DNA from: Psammoneis japonica
Lineage: Eukaryota
DNA length: 64,000 nucleotides
Assembly (NCBI GenBank): GCA_008632985.1
Contig: QPGO01000003.1
Location: 62,001-126,000, forward strand
Direction: 5' to 3'
Both the position numbers and the translations under genes were made by a program. The notes beneath the pieces are model-generated. The model was not told the origin of the DNA. It worked only from the letters and a program-made list of their open reading frames with translations, and did not search any database. Of this stretch, positions 1 through 12,574 are shown one piece after another; position 1 is the stretch's first letter; each line of letters opens with the position of its first letter.

Positions 1-3000
1 GGGCCTTCCTTGTTCGGGAGCGCAGTGGATTTCAGATAGGTTTTGAGGGGACTGGAGTCGTCCGCATCATCGTCAATAACAACCTCTTCCATGCGGCAAA
101 GCTTAAAACGGTTTGCAGCAATTCCACTTGCATTCTGTAGCTGTAGTCTCAAATCACCAATGTCGGCTAGTCTAGACATGGCAATTACATACTGCTCGTA
201 CACGAGTTGCTCCGATGGCGGTTTCACCGAGCGTGACTTCGGACTGTCAAAACGGTATTTCCCTGACTCTCCTTTTCTTGGTCTATTTAGAATGCGTGGG
301 CAGTTGTAAGCTGATGCTCTTCGTATTACGGTGCATTGAAACACAACTTCGGCAACAGTTGGAAACGGAAGCGATAATAGATTGAAAGGATCGAAGTTCC
401 TGCTGGAGAAGTGACAAGTGGGGCAAGTCACTGTATTTAGAACCTGTCCCATGGTGACATCCGCCATAATTGATCGATTGCGGCGAAGAAACCTATGCGG
501 AAGAAGAAAAAAAGCGTTAGACGCCCGCGCATTCTCCTAGTGTAGATTCATCGCAGAATCTTTGCTTACCGTCTCCAGGCTTCCTGTCCTACCCGCGCAA
601 GTCGGTTCTTAGCCACCCATTCATCTTCGAGAGCTTCGACATACGGTTTCTCCTTCACCTTATTGCTGTCTTCGTGCAGAACGTCAAGTAGGTAGCTTAG
701 AAGTTCCTAGGATTTCCGCCAACAAGAGTCACAGAGAATTTGTCAGTAACGACCTACATCAGCAAACGAGGTGCAAACGTGGCATCATGCCGTGAAATAC
801 TTTACCTGGGCGTCTTGCTGGTCTGCTGCAGCGAACTGCGAACGAGCCTTTCCCAACTGGCTCCGAAATCGAGTGGGTGTCCGCTCTCCATATTTCCCGC
901 TCCACATCACCCGCAATAAATCGGAAAACTCTTCCAAGAGCTTGCCTCCGGTTCCCAATGGATTGTCCTTGTTCAGGTCTCCTCGCGTTTTATACTGAGC
1001 ACTGAGGAGGTAGGATCTAACAAGTGGCATGTAACTAATGCACTGCAATGCAGAGTTCGCGTAGCAAGTGTTCCCGAGATTTGCCAGCCCACAAGCTCCG
1101 TATCCCGGGTACGTACAAACTTTTCCTCCGCCATTCTGATCAGTCGCTGCATCACTTCCAGCCTTCTTCCCGGAAGCAGCAGTCTTAGCTCTGGAATCTC
1201 CGGATGCCTGATTACCACTTTCGTTTTTAGCTTGATCGCCGTTAACATCCCTCCCTGTTGTAAAGCGCCCGGCTTTGGCAAGCCTGTCAGATTCAACACT
1301 TATCCATTCAGAGTGCCCACCGTGAGAGCTGAAGTCGACTCGAATCTGACGTGATACCACATCGGTCTCCTTTTTCTCCCCGTTGTAATCAAACGGTTTC
1401 ACCTCGGCAGCGCTGTCGCTATCTTCTTCGCTCTCGTCTGTGCCCGTGTCAGTGCTCTGAACTTGAAGGACCTCAACCTGATACCAGCACCCAGATGTAT
1501 CCATTGCATCGATTATCATTCCAACCAATTTTGGAGGGTTCGCTAAGGCTTTGCCACTCTCATCGACTCCTTTCACAAGTTGTCGAAACTTTGCATCCTC
1601 GGCTGCAAGGTGCCGCACTCGTCCGGCTCTAGCGGCAGCTTCTCTGGGCCACGAGAAGTCCCCCGCCTTGTTCAAAATCGCATACTCAACAAGAACCCTA
1701 TCGCCATTTCCCAGCCCAATACTTTCCACCGTTGCATGGTCTGCGTACGATTCCCAATCCTGCACGAGATCGGCAATGATGTCGTCAAAATCCGCACTCT
1801 GTGGCAGGATGGGCAGTGTAGCCGACCGATTCTTACACAAGAGACTCCACGGCCCGTATCTAGAGGAAGCGTCTTTGGCTGATATCTCTGTTGCGTCAAG
1901 TCTCTTCCACAGTCTCGCTCGACCGAACCCGTCGGCATCAGCAGCCTTAGGATGTGTCACCTGCAAACGAGTAATTAACTCAGCGTACAATCGCCAAAGT
2001 GGCTGATCTGGTGTTACCATGACACGAATAGACACCGGACCGGCGTCGCCTCGGCGATAAGGCTGTTGCGCATCACACACATGTGCGGAAAGGACCCAAG
2101 GATGAGTAGCTACCATCACCTCCTCGGGAATCTTCATTGGTGTCCCCATCGTTCGCGCGGACATCACTTCCACACTTTGTACTGAATCTTCTTCCTCCAT
2201 TTGCTTGCTGTCAGCAGAAAACGTTCTCTCTCGTGGATTCATCATTTTCATTGGAGGATTAATCATCCTGGGAAGGGGAGGCCCGCCACCGTATATCTCG
2301 TATAGCATATCCCACACACCAGGTGGAACCAAAATGTAGTCGACGCCCTTCGTTAAGGTGTGTTTCATTTCTTCGAAAGAACCAAGAGTTCCAGGACACT
2401 AGAGTCGGTCATGCGATTCAGTAATCTTTCTGTTGAGAGACTACCGGGTCGCTTCCGACCAAGCGACAACCCCCCTTCACCGTTCCAGTTCCACCCAACG
2501 TACTTCTCCCACGAGTCCCACCATTTCTTATCCACACAGTACAGAATGCCATATCCAAGGCCTCCCTTGCCATCATAACCGCCAAGGCCACCCCATACCT
2601 TTCTGCCATCTACTAGTGACGTCTGGGACTGGGGGTCTGCTCCTATGCCAACAAAAACTGATCGGACAGACTGACTCACATAGTCCAAAACCGTCCCTCC
2701 CTCTCCTTCGGCAGACCACATACGGGCACTGGCTTGTTGCCACTCCACCCATCGCTCACGCACCAATTCGCGTTCACCGGACGGGCTTGGGAGAATTCCG
2801 GTTGTGAATACGCGGTGCATGAATGCATCAATCGCCGCATCGTCAAGGGCTTTGTCGGCCCACGTAAGAAAGTCTTTCATGCTCCAACGTGTTCCAGGTT
2901 TCAAGTCCTTTGACGACTCAAATAACAGTTCCACCGATTGAGCCAATTCCAAGTCTTCGTACGATACAGTCCTACCTTCACGAACATCCTGCAGGTAATC

Positions 3001-4430
3001 CATCCAGTCTGATCGGACTCGATAACTGGATTTATCACTCTTGACATCACTGTTTCTTCGAAATCTGCTTCCATAGGTTCCACTGCCACGACGGGAGGGT
3101 GATGCACCGGACATTTTGTGGTCTGAATCTCGCGTCATTCCTTCTGTTTCTGCATCCGGATCAACCTCTTCCACGAGTAGCAAAGTGGCAATGGTATCCA
3201 CCACACAGAGGGCCATGACGTGCCCTCCAATTTCTTCGTTTCCAGAAGACACGTCAGCCGCAACAGGAGAGTCCAATGGAAGCGTTGTCCTGCAGTAGAA
3301 GTAATAATGTGCCAGCGAAGCAACGGAAATGATTGTATCATTTCCCACCTCCAACAAAAAGGTCGGCATGCCACCCGCCGGGTGAGACGCAAGGAAATGA
3401 GTCAAAATATCTGGCGGCATTAGTAGAAAGAAGAGAAAATGCAATCGCTGATAACGCGTAGCTCCTGTGAAAGAATTAAAAAAGTAAGAAACGTTTATGA
3501 TGTGAGAACCACAATGAACTTGAGCGAGTGGACAAGTACAATTAACTTACGCAAGGCCAGCGATGTCATGTAGCACAAGGCCGAAAGCGGTACACCCGCC
3601 GGAAGTGGATCTGCCAAGGAGCTATCCAACGGTGACGGCAGTGCGGGTGCCATAATGGTGGATTCTCCACCCTCTTGGTGGTTGACATCCATATTCAGAT
3701 CGGATGCAGTCTCGGCAGCAAGCTCTTCCACCAAATCCCAGTTATGGTAGAGTGCCTGCATCAGCACAAAGGCCGATCCAACCGGATCGATTGAATTTTT
3801 CCGTGGCCGCTTGTCTTGGCCAAGTCCGAGCCAAAAGTCATTGGCGGCTTCGTATTGAACGCAAAGACTACAGCCTCCGGCCATGATTTTGCGAATCGCC
3901 GTTTCATCGAGTAGGTGTTGCTTTTCGGCAATCATTTTACTTTCCATGCCTGCCAAGTTTGAATTTGAACTGGAACTGTAAAAACGACTTAGTTTGTTGG
4001 ATGTCGTCAAAGGCGGTGGTTTAAGTGACTGCACGACGAATCGAACACGCCGTTGTATCAACGTAATCTGGGTGGAGGACAGATTGTTAATCGTATCATC
4101 TATGCGCTCCTCCAGTACGGCATGAACATCGGCCGGATCAATCAACATGGGATGCATCTTGTCCCACAGAAACTTCCATCTCGAGTCGGGCTTGGGATGA
4201 GTAGTACTACTAGTAGCCCCGTTGGTACGGGACGTTCGTATCTTTCGTACCGGAGCCTTGAGACTGGATCGCTGAGATGAAGCGTTTTCCGGATACCGCT
4301 TTCGCGATCTGCCCGAGTCGCCAATGCTCTTGTTGGAGTTTTGTTTTTTCAATTGTCCTGAAGGAGGTGGTTGTTTCGATCGGGGTGGCGCGGACGCAAC
4401 CGCCTGAGGTTTAGACTGACATGGACCCAT
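1..4430 (-). CDS. Ubiquitin-specific protease (peptidase C19) with DUSP domain; 3' end runs off the window
   Basis: Cys-box GLANLGNTCYANSALQC. QQDAQ|ELLSYLLDVLHED across an intron, and VTCPTC...FDPFNLLSLP. DUSP-like WWDSWEKYVG...GVDYILVPPGVWDMLYEIYGGGP. GT-AG introns at 3465-3550, 707-805 and 493-569 restore the frame. N-terminal MGPC is a possible acylation site. One apparent 1-nt frameshift near 2395. Confidence 0.92.
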
Positions 4431-5436
4431 GGACTCTGACAGAAAGATATATGCGCAATGCCGGAGAATCTAAACCAACAAAAAATACCGTTGGGCTAAG
4501 TTCGATCCTGTAAGATTTGAATCAGATCTATAACCCAAAATCTCGCCTGTACAAGTCACTCTAAAGGAATCAATACACCGCAGAACACGCAGAATCTTAA
4601 ACAGAGGAGAATCCAGAGCAGAACAGCATCGAAAAAGGACCTCAAGCAAACCGATAGTTGAAATGGCGATGGCACATCGCTCCCCTTCCAGAGTTTTTTT
4701 TTTCGATGACAGCGATCGACAAACACATACCAAAGCGTGTGTACGATCACACGTACGTGAATGTTAAGTCGATTGAGTATGACAACATAATCATTTAGGT
4801 AAATGTCTGATTCAACGCTGTCTCTCGTAGAAGTAATATGAGTTCGACAGCCAATCACCTTTGTCTATTTTATATTATAATCCTCAATTATGAGGTATGT
4901 TAATGTCTAACTATGTCGTACCGTTATGAGAGTCTTTTTTATCATACTATATCTATGGTTGCGTATATGACAAATTAATGAAGCCACGTCACACATACGT
5001 CATCATTCTTCATTCGATTCGCTCGATTGTCGTTCAATTCTACTCTACTACCGGTACTCTAGAGCGAATGCACAAGATTATTACTTCTATTCTAGAGTCT
5101 ATCATAGCTAATCGACGACCTACAGCATTGATCTTAACACAACAGCTAGTAGAGCTGAATGTAAACAAAACATGGAAAAGGTCCGACTTTGACACCTTGT
5201 TGTTCCTGTTGCGAATCATCCACAATGCAAGAGAGCAAAAACCGACCGGGGAGAAGTTGATGCTGCTAAAAACAAAAGTTGCTCGAGCCATAGATCCGAA
5301 AAGGACAGGTAGGAGCAGGAAAGATCCGACGCAAACAGATGCTGCGGCACTTCTCGTCCTCTCGGAAGCATCCGAACGGAGCCCTTCTCGGCATTGGCTG
5401 ATTTAATCATCTGGTCTCCAACAAACGCTATACTTA

Positions 5437-6390
5437 TTAGGGAAGACGCTCCCAAGCAAGCAGTGTACCATCAATGTTGTTGCTCGCATATCCATCTGCA
5501 AAAAGTCGGAATTTGAAAACAGCACTGGTGAACTTCATTAAAGGCTCATGAGACACAGCATGCACAAACTGTTTACACGCACCTTCTGTCATGTAGAAAC
5601 TTCCATCTCGTAACTGCTTCCAAATCACTGATTCTGCCTCGAACGCAGCCTCCACAGCCATGGCACATGCGGCTGTAAGGCTCACCACCACCCCACCCGG
5701 TCGAATGACACGGGCCAATTCGGAGACTGCCATTTGCAAATGCTTGCTTGACAGCTCCTTATCCTGACCACCCGACAAGTAAATGGCATCCAGGGTTCCT
5801 TTTTCAAATGCACCATCAAACGTGTTATTGTCAAACGCAACAAGGTCTCGGCCATCCGCCACCAACAAGGAGACTCCTTTTACACTGCAATTGTCGTTGT
5901 TTCGCAAACGATCCCGTCCTAAAAGAGCTTTGGCACAATGGATTCCTTCGGGAGCATAATCAAATGCCGTAATGTTGTGATAACCAGCGTCAAACATTTC
6001 TACAATGGCTCCATCGTTGCCGATACCAGGAATCAACACGTGCCCTTCCGTACACAACAGCTCCATGACAAAGGGTTCCAAATCGGACCACTCGGAATAC
6101 CAAGAAAATGGTGTAGTATCATCGGACTCTTTATAAAAGTCATTCCAATACTCTTTTCGACCAAATTGAGAGTCAGACGATGATGGTTCGGGTAATAGCG
6201 CCGCTTCGTCGGGTGGTGTTGTCGATGCAAGACGTAATGTTGTTGTGCTTCTTGTTGTTGTTGCGATGGAGAGAGGATTGCGACGACGACGAAATGCACC
6301 GTGTTTATGAATCCCAAAGGCATTCGCTGGGATATAGAGATAGAGTATGAAGGCTCGTGTGCATAAGCTCTGCAAACAAGCCATTGTCAT
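5437..6390 (-). CDS. Class I SAM-dependent methyltransferase (EEF1AKMT4/METTL13-like), probably plastid-targeted
   Basis: Motifs FGRKEYWNDFY, FSWY, VLIPGIGND, ITAFDY, FDGAFEKGTLDAI and ELARVIRPGG. Signal peptide ending ANA-F followed by a Thr/Arg-rich transit-like stretch. Likely 87-bp in-frame intron at 5496-5582. Confidence 0.8.
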   Translation of the reverse strand: MTMACLQSLCTRAFILYLYIPANAFGIHKHGAFRRRRNPLSIATTTRSTTTLRLASTTPPDEAALLPEPSSSDSQFGRKEYWNDFYKESDDTTPFSWYSEWSDLEPFVMELLCTEGHVLIPGIGNDGAIVEMFDAGYHNITAFDYAPEGIHCAKALLGRDRLRNNDNCSVKGVSLLVADGRDLVAFDNNTFDGAFEKGTLDAIYLSGGQDKELSSKHLQMAVSELARVIRPGGVVVSLTAACAMAVEAAFEAESVIWKQLRDGSFYMTEGACKQFVHAVSHEPLMKFTSAVFKFRLFADGYASNNIDGTLLAWERLP

Positions 6391-6617
6391 GGTGAAAGGA
6401 GCGAGAGAGACGTTTTGTGTGCGAGAAAAAACGTTTGAATAGAGCACGAGAGCCGAAATAAAATAGAATTACGATGCGTCCTTCCATCTTCCGTTAGACT
6501 CTGACGCATGACGCAATTCTGCTCATTTTTTGTTGTTGCAACTTCGCAACCCCTTTTCGATGCAAGGAGCATAAGGAGAGATTATATCGACAACCACTAT
6601 AGTATTGCTTGATAAAG

Positions 6618-7383
6618 ATGAACCACCACCATCTTCTCTTGCTGCTTTTCTCTGCTTTGTTCTTCACTTTTGCTCCCGAGACGATTGCATTTAGCACAGT
6701 TGCAAGACCAACTACTCGCGGTCGAATCATCAAGGGCATTCATCATGAATCTCAGACTGAATTCCAAATAGCGAGAAGAAAAAAACGATTGGAAAGCACA
6801 ATGACACTATCCATGACGAGTACGGACAAGAATGAAGACGACAAATTTTCGTTTGCTCAACGAATTGAATCGATAAAATGTGTAGTGGTTGGCGCCTTGG
6901 CGGGTGGGGTTGCGTTGACACCCTTTTCCGCCCTTCACGACATTATATTTTCCTCCAACAACAATGGCCTTGCTCAATGGGAATTCGATACCGACATGGG
7001 AAGTCTGGAAGCGGCACTCTTTGCCATTGTTTATCGATATGCGATTCGTAACGACGAGAATCCAATGCTCAATATGGGAGTCGTGGGGGCATTTGTTCTT
7101 ACTAGGACACTGTCGAGGGTACAAGTTCCATCGTATTGTTCTGCAATACCTTTACAGTGTACGTTAACAAGGTTCCTTGTGTTTTTGTTGTTTCGTTCAT
7201 GATGGTGACAACTCATCTTTGGTCATATACTGTGTTTCAGGCGGAGCCCCGTTGGGATACTTTGATTTTGACATGTTGGGACAAGTGGCACTGAGTGGTT
7301 TGGAAAGCGCTGCTCTGTTTGGCGCTGCTGCCTATGCAATGGACTATTGCTTTTCAAAAAGCTTTATATCTAAATTTCCGTAG
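6618..7383 (+). CDS. Probable plastid-targeted membrane protein of unknown function
   Basis: Signal peptide ending TIA-F plus a basic transit-like peptide. Hydrophobic helices with [14 protein letters not shown]...GVVGAF. Intron 7159-7240 joins the two ORFs in frame. Confidence 0.7.
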
Positions 7384-7515
7384 CGACGGTAAACGGTCCA
7401 GCCCCGTCATGTGCTGTAGTGCTCAACCTCTATTCTCTAGAGAGAGAAGCAAAAAACTTTGTAATGACTCTATAACAATCCATTGTACTGTCACTAGTAG
7501 TGCTCAGCTGTGTTT

Positions 7516-7869
7516 TTAGTAATCGCCACCCTCGTCCCCGCCAAACATATCCATACCGCCTCCAAGGTCGGCCTCTTCTTCCTCGACCTTTTCTTCTTCC
7601 TTTTCTTCCTCGGCATCACCGCCACCGCCACCACCACCGGCACCTCCTCCTCCGCCGCCGCCACCACCGCCTCCAAACTTGGCAAGCATTTCCGATCCCG
7701 ATTCCATCAATTCGCCCAGGTCCTTTCCTTCCAATTCGGACATCAAAGCCGAGAGACGTTCATCGTCCGACTCGACGCCGACGGCAGCAAGAGCCTTGGT
7801 CACGTCGGCGGCAGTGGGACTATCGTTCCCTCCGAGGACCAACAAGAGATAGGCAGCTAATTCTTTCAT
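7516..7869 (-). CDS. RPLP2: 60S acidic ribosomal protein P2
   Basis: [33 protein letters not shown]...[10 protein letters not shown], a Gly-rich hinge, and an acidic tail [21 protein letters not shown]. Probable 5'UTR intron at 7880-7980. Confidence 0.95.
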   Translation of the reverse strand: MKELAAYLLLVLGGNDSPTAADVTKALAAVGVESDDERLSALMSELEGKDLGELMESGSEMLAKFGGGGGGGGGGGAGGGGGGGDAEEEKEEEKVEEEEADLGGGMDMFGGDEGGDY

Positions 7870-8444
7870 TGTCAAACTACTAGTGATTGAATAGAAAAAA
7901 TCAGAGGAGCAAAATGTAAGACGGATTCCGTCACGAGAAAATTTCAAAAGTCCGCCAGTACAAAAAACGTAGAATTTTACGAGAGAAAATTTCTCGGATC
8001 AGTGCGGTCCAGACAACACTCCGTTCTCGACGACTTTTTTTATGTTCTTTCGCTTCAAACACCACATACACACAAGACCATTTCATTCGACAACCCCATG
8101 ACTTACATTTGTATTCAAAAAGAGAGTGTATTGGTATGCCTCACAAGCTTGTTTAAACGGTGCTCCGTCGCAAGTGAAGTGAGAACAGATGCTCAGTAGT
8201 AACCGGTAGGCGGGAAAAAAAACGTGCGGCGATCAGGCCATGATGTCGCTGCAGCGCGCGCGCGACCGCGATGGTTTCGAGCTCGGAGCTCGTAAAGATT
8301 AGGAGTTGAAAACGTGACGTCACGAGAAATCAACGTCGCTCGAGATCCTTTTCGAAATTTTGCGAACACAACGCATGGGAAGCGCAATGGCAGAACAGCG
8401 CCGCTAGTACTGTACATGAGAGCGCAATACAACAGCAAAGAGAT

Positions 8445-10085
8445 ATGAATAACCAAACCCAACCATCTGATGCTCTCGAGGAGCGTGAGAAAGCGACGGA
8501 GGCCGACATTGAACTTTCGAAAAGCACGGTAGCAAGATGTGTCGTGACAGCCATGTCCGACTTTGAGCCCATTTCACAAGTCATTCGAGAGAAAAAGCAA
8601 GAAAAGATTCTTGCCGAATTAAAAAAGAATGAAGATGAAGATGAAGAGATTGATTCGATTTCGGACAATGTGGCAACTAGTATGACGGCGTACTTGCATG
8701 ATTTACAAGGTATGGATACTGCTAGTACTACTACTACCCAGGAAGAAACTACGCCACCCGCCGGAGAATCGTTTCGGGATACCTTTGATCGATGGAGAAC
8801 GACTCTAGCTCGTAAGCCTCGCAAGGATCAAGTAAGAACTCCTGCAAAAGAGAGCGTCGAGAAATTACAGAAAGATAAAGTGGAAGAATCTCCTGCGTCG
8901 GTTACTGAAATTAGCACCTTGGAAACCGAGAATGGGAGTAGTGAACAGAATATGGTGCCAGTGATCAAGGAATTCGAAAACGAAAACGTTGCTGCTGATG
9001 ATGATGCAGCTTTGATTATTTCATCAAAGTCTCAAGAGAGCCCAAAAGTGCCGTCCTCTTCACCGTCATCGCTTCTCAAGGTACCCATCAGCACGGAACA
9101 CGCGCATGAGTTTGAAGAACACACCTACCGTTCTCCTACGCACTGTAATATTTGTGACGGTCTCTTGGTGGGTCTTTGGTCACAGGGACTTCAATGCAAA
9201 CATTGCGGTATGAATGTACACCGCGGTGCGGGTGCCAAGAGTGACGAAATTTATGATTGCCGTGCCGAAGCACTGTTGAGCACCAAGTGTTGTCCCGCAG
9301 CAGCCAATACAAAAGACGACGAACAAGAAAAAACCGTAAGCAACGTGTTGCGTGAAGTAAGTGAGCTTGCAAGACAGTCACCGGGTTTCTTTAAACAAGT
9401 CACCGACCAGTTGGATAAGGATATGAAGGCCGTGGCCAAGGATGCCATTGTCAAGACGGGAGTCCAAGAGGAACGATCGAAACGACTTGCGCATGTCAAG
9501 ACGCACGTCACGTGGATTGTGGAGACGGCCGATGCGATTGCCTCACATGGAAGCGCTTTGTCCACTGTGTTTCTCGTGGTCCTTCAGTTGCTTGTCACAT
9601 TGTGTGTAACGACGGTATCGTTTCTGATCTTGTTGGTTTCACTTTGGCTGCGCTTTGTGTTTTTGGCACGAGCTACGGCAATCACGGAGTATCATCCAAC
9701 CATTCTACCATTAGCTTGGCTGCATGTAACCACAATGGGAGCTGCAGTCAACTACATTGGTTTGATTTTGGCACTTGTGTGTTTCAGGCTGTCACTATTA
9801 TTCGCAAGACGAGTCAACATTTACGACCGCTTTTTGCGAGACCTCTTTCAAATCGATGCCCAAGCCGATATTGGGATCTCCGTTGCTGGTGCAGCAGAAC
9901 GAGCTCATACCTGGAGTTTTTTGTGGATTATTTCGAGCTGTGTTTTGTGTGCAGCAATGTCAGTATTTTGGCATTGCCTACAACCAGATCAGTTGGTCTA
10001 TGGGACAATTCAAGAGGCGGAAGCATCGTACCTATGCACTGCTGATGAGATGTTGGAAGAAGAGGCGCTCGTACACGAAACTTAG
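8445..10085 (+). CDS. C1 (phorbol ester/DAG-binding zinc finger) domain protein with C-terminal transmembrane helices
   Basis: 546-aa ORF with [39 protein letters not shown]. About three hydrophobic segments in the C-terminal third. Confidence 0.85.
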   Translation: MNNQTQPSDALEEREKATEADIELSKSTVARCVVTAMSDFEPISQVIREKKQEKILAELKKNEDEDEEIDSISDNVATSMTAYLHDLQGMDTASTTTTQEETTPPAGESFRDTFDRWRTTLARKPRKDQVRTPAKESVEKLQKDKVEESPASVTEISTLETENGSSEQNMVPVIKEFENENVAADDDAALIISSKSQESPKVPSSSPSSLLKVPISTEHAHEFEEHTYRSPTHCNICDGLLVGLWSQGLQCKHCGMNVHRGAGAKSDEIYDCRAEALLSTKCCPAAANTKDDEQEKTVSNVLREVSELARQSPGFFKQVTDQLDKDMKAVAKDAIVKTGVQEERSKRLAHVKTHVTWIVETADAIASHGSALSTVFLVVLQLLVTLCVTTVSFLILLVSLWLRFVFLARATAITEYHPTILPLAWLHVTTMGAAVNYIGLILALVCFRLSLLFARRVNIYDRFLRDLFQIDAQADIGISVAGAAERAHTWSFLWIISSCVLCAAMSVFWHCLQPDQLVYGTIQEAEASYLCTADEMLEEEALVHET

Positions 10086-10183
10086 AAAAGTCGAGTGCAT
10101 CACTCACTAAAAGTAGACATTCTTACAGTTAGAGAAACTAAAACCGCAATTTCTCCATCTATGCATATGTTGTGCATCTTCTC

Positions 10184-10582
10184 CTAACCGAATCCAGGTG
10201 ACTGCTGCGCCTGTTGCTGCTTCTTACCCAACCTTCCAATCATGAATTCGTTCGTATCGAGCCATTTATTCGTAGTACTCGAAATGCAAACCACCTCCTT
10301 GGACGACAAACTGTCCCCACTTGGTTTTCCCGTCACACATTTCTCAAATGCAACGTCACAAATGTTTGTAATGGCCTTTTGAATCAAAGACTGTTGCTGC
10401 AAGGCCATGGCAAACTGCTGCATCTCGGCTTGAGCTCCTCCGGCAGATGGTGCCGATGACATGAGATTATCGCCGCCGCCGCTTGGAAACGACGACGACT
10501 CATCGACGGACGAAAAGTCCTTGGCTTGGGTTGACGACGAAGCGTTGCTATCGTCTCCGCTGCTACCGCCCCAGAATCCCAT
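10184..10582 (-). CDS. Small Tim (Tim10/DDP family, Tim13-like) mitochondrial intermembrane-space chaperone
   Basis: LQQQSLIQKAITNICDVAFEKCVTGKPSGDSLSSKEVVCISSTTNKWLDTNEF matches the small-Tim helix-loop-helix pattern. ATG at 10582. Confidence 0.8.
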   Translation of the reverse strand: MGFWGGSSGDDSNASSSTQAKDFSSVDESSSFPSGGGDNLMSSAPSAGGAQAEMQQFAMALQQQSLIQKAITNICDVAFEKCVTGKPSGDSLSSKEVVCISSTTNKWLDTNEFMIGRLGKKQQQAQQSPGFG

Positions 10583-11002
10583 GGCTATGATGCACTTGTA
10601 ATGAGTGATTTGACGCTGTTTGTGCACGACGAAAGGCCTCGAAAAGCTCGAAGCGACAGCGACGCGACAGCGAATAAGCTGGATGATGGCAAGACGGTCT
10701 CTACACCACCGGCGAGGAAAATGGTACAACAACGCAACTATTACACTCGGCCTCTTTGATCTTCTTGGCCATAGACTCTCTATTTATTACATCACATCAA
10801 AATCTTTCAATCGTCTAATAATATAGTCTAATCGTGAAGTCCGGTAGTCGCAAGATGGTAACAACTCCAAAATTGTAGAGGAAAATGAGTACTCTAGAGA
10901 ATATGACAGAGGCATTCAGCTCGAACTGATGCTCTAGCATTTTGGTGTAGACATACTTTTATTGCATTTTTCGCTTCGACGATATAAGGGTCAAAATTCA
11001 AG

Positions 11003-11959
11003 CTACCTCGATCGGATATTACTAATGCTGGGTTGCTTTCGCTTATTGTTGCTGCCACCACCGCTGCTCCTAATGATTGTTTTTGATTTTTGTTGTTCTG
11101 ATTTCTCTATAAGCTTTTTCTCACGCATCGCCAACGCCTTGACAAGCTTACGCATTTTGGCGCGTTCCTTCTCCACCATTTTTTCTGACTTTTCTTCCAC
11201 CTGCTTGAGCTGGGCATCTTTTTGTTTGAGCTTCTTCTCCAGATCTTGTTTGAACTTCTCGTCCGCTTGACTCTGAACCCGTTTTTCTGCCTCGGCAACC
11301 TCCAATGCGGCTTGCTTCTTAGCTTCCTTTCTGGCACTTTCCTCTGCATCAGCAACACGCTGCGCCATGAGCACCTCCATATTGTTCATCTGACGTGCGG
11401 AGCCTTCCATCAGTTCCTGTCTTGTTTGCTCCAGTTCTGCCTTATGAAACTCCTTTTCTTGCAATGCTTTCGTTTCGAGTTCGTCCTTTGATTGAGTCAG
11501 AGTGTCAATTTGATCGTTTTGTAATTCAATTAGCTTTTGCAACTCTTCTCGAATCCCTTCGAGGGCTTCAATTCGAGCTCTCAGAGTCGCAATTTCTTCG
11601 TTGAGCTCTTTCCGTATGCTGTGAAACGCAGCGGATTTCTCGTGACGCTCCGACTGAAGATGGAGCTGACAACGTTCTCGGAGCTGTGCAGTCTCCTCGT
11701 GAGCTGTGCGCAATTGACGATCCAACACTTCTACTTGCATTTCGAGAGACTTGCGATAGGCCTCTTGAGCTCTTCGTTTCTGAGATGAAAGACCAAACGA
11801 AGGAAACCAACCACCGCCGCCACGGACTGAAACAAGTGAGTGTCTGTCCTTCCAAGATTCTACAGAAATCATGGTAAGTAACATGATAAGGAGTAACATC
11901 GTCCAACGAGCGCTCTTATGCAACAGAAACATGATTGACAGCAACAACAAGTACGACAC
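11003..11959 (-). CDS. Coiled-coil protein with N-terminal signal peptide; start codon uncertain
   Basis: Long E/K/Q/L-rich heptad ORF. Hydrophobic N-terminus followed by VRGG. Confidence 0.7.
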   Translation of the reverse strand: MSYLLLLSIMFLLHKSARWTMLLLIMLLTMISVESWKDRHSLVSVRGGGGWFPSFGLSSQKRRAQEAYRKSLEMQVEVLDRQLRTAHEETAQLRERCQLHLQSERHEKSAAFHSIRKELNEEIATLRARIEALEGIREELQKLIELQNDQIDTLTQSKDELETKALQEKEFHKAELEQTRQELMEGSARQMNNMEVLMAQRVADAEESARKEAKKQAALEVAEAEKRVQSQADEKFKQDLEKKLKQKDAQLKQVEEKSEKMVEKERAKMRKLVKALAMREKKLIEKSEQQKSKTIIRSSGGGSNNKRKQPSISNIRSR

Positions 11960-12574
11960 AGCAATGAGCTACTAGGGCCCCTACACTATCGGTGCGGTGT
12001 GCGATCCAGATCGTTGTTTCAAAATTCAGTACCACGAGGCTACGGGGAAAACACGTGGCAGCCAAATATTGCATATACACAGTATTCAAGTATTTAGAAA
12101 CATAATAATAAAAAGCCGTTCGTCCTTCGTCGACAATGTTTTGCCTGAATCATCCACACCATTTGCCAGGGTAATACTAGAGCAGAGCCCAAATAGTCTA
12201 GACCTACATTGCTCTAGCTACAGCAATCTTTGTGCGCTACCAATTAGCTACTCTCTAGAGACAGAATGATGAGCTGTAACTGAGGGAGGGGTTGAACACG
12301 TCAATCTAGAGAAGACGGAAGATGCTTTGTCGAAGCATTTTGAAGGATAAATCATCCAGAGCAAAACAACCTTGAAACAGGTTGAGAGGTAGAAGGTGTT
12401 GACAAATTTCGTTGTAGTGGATAGCTTTACGAGTAGTCCACACTCATTAAAAGGTACGCATTGAAATGTCAGCAAAACTCAATTAGATAAAAATAACTAG
12501 TAAAGGTGCGGCAATATAAAAAGCTGTACTGCGACTCTAGCAAAATAGGATTCCCTTCCTAAGACATCATTTGC

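Noticed and set aside
4978..5406. 142-aa ORF between the USP and methyltransferase genes
   Set aside because: It has no recognisable motif and lies in AT-rich intergenic sequence. It cannot be supported without expression data.
5437..6390. The methyltransferase as the enzyme behind the repeat mutation
   Set aside because: It has protein/small-molecule MTase motifs and a plastid-type targeting peptide, with no DNA MTase or deaminase motifs.
7600..7680. Poly-Gly tract in P2 as an anomaly
   Set aside because: It corresponds to the normal low-complexity Ala/Gly hinge of P proteins.
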